Below are positions 58,582 through 60,821 of a stretch of 60,821 nt of DNA, in pieces. Where the stretch lies: positions 1 to 60,821 of the forward strand of contig CACAAP010000005.1 of assembly GCA_902530535.1 (NCBI GenBank), given 5' to 3'. A program made the position numbers and the translations under genes. The notes beneath the pieces are model-generated. The model made no database searches and had not been told where the DNA came from. It saw only the letters and a program-made list of their open reading frames with translations. Every line of letters starts with the position of its first letter. Position 1 is the stretch's first letter. Source of the DNA: an uncultured Candidatus Poseidoniales archaeon. GTDB taxonomy: Archaea; Thermoplasmatota; Poseidoniia; Poseidoniales; Thalassarchaeaceae.

Positions 58582-60821
58582 TTATTCCTGAAAATCTGGA
58601 TCCGGGACCCATTCCTCTGAATCGGGATCCCACAGCCACCCGGGATGGTCGTCATACCTTTCTAGTCCTCTTTCTTCATCAGTATTTTCATTTGATTCTC
58701 CAGACCACCATTCTTCTCCTTCTGGAATCTGAGCAGGTTGCTTTGGCTGCTCATCTTCTTCGACCTCTATGCCAATGAATCCGCTGAAGAATGCCAGCAC
58801 CACCAGAGCTACAAGTGTCAATCCGGCCATTCCTAAGATTAACACCATGTTAGAAGAGTCTGCAGTAGGCTCTCCCTTGGAGATAGGAGTCACTTCAGTA
58901 TTTTGGCCAGCATATGAGAATTCGGGAATAGAGGATTCTCCTTTGATTCTCGAGGCGGGGACTCCGAGTTCCCAAGTTCCATCTTCCTGAACAACTGTGG
59001 TGTTTACTGGGTTTCCTCCTATTGATACTGAGACTTGCTTTCCTGGTAGTCCGATTCCTGAATATATCGCAATTCCGTCCAAATCTACCCAAGTCTGGTT
59101 AGGCTCTTGAATAGTAAATTCTAGAGGAAGGACCCGGAATGTGACCGGTAGGGAGTTTGCCTTTGAGTCCCATGCATCTGTAGCGATGAAAATAACATTA
59201 TTCAGTGTCCATGCATCCATATTCTCCTCGTAGAATAGCATATCAGCCGGATCATACCGGGCTATCCCATCAGTACCGACTCCCACAACGAGCGGAAATA
59301 TGTCATCGGAGTCAATGGATGGATCATTGTAAACTGAGATGAACTGGATGTCATTATCAATATCCGAGAAATATTCTTTCAAATCTATCTCCACAGTTGT
59401 GCACTTGTCAACCGAAATCGATTCGGTATCGCAATAGAGGATAATCTCGCTATACCAATCGGCTTGGGCGAACTCTGGTTGATTATTGCCTACGTTAGGA
59501 GGGTTGTCGGCAGTGATTATCACATCGACCCAACTGCTGTAGTCTATGCCATCATATGAGCGGAATCTCAGTTGATACTCGGCGTCATGTCTAAGTTGAG
59601 TAGTATCCCAATTTATCTCCCACTCGCCTTCTTCAGAAAACTCTCCTGTGCTTGTTTCATGTACTGTGACGTAGTCGTTTGAAACGTCCTTTACTTCCAG
59701 ATCCACTCTGGTAACCCCTCCATCGAAGTCTCTAGCCACTCCACTAAGCAAAGTGTCCGCTGAAGAAGAAACACGCGTCCCTGACACGGGTTGGTTTACG
59801 CTAATCGTAGGCTGGCTGTTTCTGTTATCTATTGTTAGAGTGAGAGTTACGGGCTGGCACTCGTCAACTTCACCAATACAGAAGTCGGAGTCCGATGCCC
59901 AAATTGTGAATGTATAGGTTGTTAGTTCTCTAGGCCTAGTGCTGAAATCCCATTCCCAATCCCAAGTCCCGTCTTCATTTGTCTGGACTGGGCTTGTAAC
60001 CTGGTAATTGGGGCCAGATATGTCCATGTACACCAAACCGATGTCACTGTTGCAGTCATCTGGACACCCGTATGGGTCCTGGGCATATCCATCGAAAACT
60101 ACGGAGCCTTCGTCATGTGACGAAAATGAGCTAGGAGACGAGACGAATACTGTGGGGGGTTGTGTGTTTAGTTTGACTGTCCTAGATACCACTGTGCTGT
60201 AGTCTATCCCATCGAAGGCTCGAAATTCGAAGGTATAGTCCCCCTCTCCTGCCAAACCCGTCATGTCAATGCTGTAGTACCATGAGCTGAAGGGTCTGTT
60301 GAATCGGGTTACTTTCCCCTCGTCCACCCCGCTAGTGTCAATTGCATATTCTGCACTCTCCCATGATCCTGTAAATGGATTTCTGACCTGAACTTCGTGC
60401 ACGTATCCGCCTTGATCCCATTGTGCCCTTTCATCAGTAGGATAGCTATTGGCTAGAGTCCCATCGTGTGCGCTACCTGTGATATTGACTATTCTTCGGA
60501 AGGAGTGCCCCTCTTCCTGTGTAACAATTACCGTGGGTGCCTGATTCTCGAGGTGAGCTGTCTCTTGCAGGGAGTTCTCTTCAAGTGTGAATTCCCCAGA
60601 ATAGTAGCCATATCCGAATCTATAAGCGGTATATCTGTACAAAGATAGTTCCCTTGTTCCTGCGTTGTAGTCGCAACTGGGGTCATCTGTATCAATTATC
60701 AGATCACCGTCATTGTCAATTCCGTCCGAGCAAGAGTCCTCGTACTCGTCATCAGCGAAGCCATCCGGATTGTCCCCCCCACCTAGTCCTCTGAAGTCTA
60801 AATGGAAGTTAGAAGGAAGTG
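58582..60821 (-). CDS. Large surface protein with tandem Ig-like domains, C-terminal TM and Trp-rich tail; 5'-truncated by window edge
   Basis: Frame stays open from 60642 to the window end (LPSNFHLD...CSDGIDNDGDLIIDTDDPSC); repeats NxxPTxxV..P, G.A.D.DG, YTFxxRAxDG; TM near the C-term. Confidence 0.85.
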   Translation of the reverse strand, partial: LPSNFHLDFRGLGGGDNPDGFADDEYEDSCSDGIDNDGDLIIDTDDPSCDYNAGTRELSLYRYTAYRFGYGYYSGEFTLEENSLQETAHLENQAPTVIVTQEEGHSFRRIVNITGSAHDGTLANSYPTDERAQWDQGGYVHEVQVRNPFTGSWESAEYAIDTSGVDEGKVTRFNRPFSSWYYSIDMTGLAGEGDYTFEFRAFDGIDYSTVVSRTVKLNTQPPTVFVSSPSSFSSHDEGSVVFDGYAQDPYGCPDDCNSDIGLVYMDISGPNYQVTSPVQTNEDGTWDWEWDFSTRPRELTTYTFTIWASDSDFCIGEVDECQPVTLTLTIDNRNSQPTISVNQPVSGTRVSSSADTLLSGVARDFDGGVTRVDLEVKDVSNDYVTVHETSTGEFSEEGEWEINWDTTQLRHDAEYQLRFRSYDGIDYSSWVDVIITADNPPNVGNNQPEFAQADWYSEIILYCDTESISVDKCTTVEIDLKEYFSDIDNDIQFISVYNDPSIDSDDIFPLVVGVGTDGIARYDPADMLFYEENMDAWTLNNVIFIATDAWDSKANSLPVTFRVLPLEFTIQEPNQTWVDLDGIAIYSGIGLPGKQVSVSIGGNPVNTTVVQEDGTWELGVPASRIKGESSIPEFSYAGQNTEVTPISKGEPTADSSNMVLILGMAGLTLVALVVLAFFSGFIGIEVEEDEQPKQPAQIPEGEEWWSGESNENTDEERGLERYDDHPGWLWDPDSEEWVPDPDFQE

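Overview
Gene-dense archaeal chromosomal segment, most consistent with Marine Group II Euryarchaeota (Ca. Poseidoniales, Thermoplasmatota). The taxonomy is inferred from the unsplit RpoB, a 23S-5S rRNA locus with no 16S, DnaJ, and giant acidic secreted proteins. Housekeeping content: rpoB/rpoH, tRNA-Lys, RNase P proteins, adk, archaeal GAPDH, pheT, rnhB, gltX, rps15, arcS, dnaJ, aIF6, thrC, and a propionyl-/methylmalonyl-CoA cluster. There are three very large surface proteins and a STAND (wHTH-NTPase-TPR) regulator. No CRISPR array, IS element or provirus was seen. The standout is a tightly coupled operon (about 7542-13973) encoding an unusual b6f-type Rieske/cytochrome b complex. It has a Tat-Rieske protein and a split cytochrome b6 with the heme-cn Cys and 14-residue His spacing. 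Its subunit IV is fused, through extra helices and an extracytoplasmic domain, to a predicted cytoplasmic heterodisulfide-reductase-like module (2x[4Fe-4S] plus two complete CCG domains). The operon also encodes a ferredoxin and, in place of cytochrome c1/f, a secreted, C-terminally anchored reeler-like protein with a contracted CxCH motif arranged like cytochrome f. Function and novelty are inferred from motifs only; no searches were run.
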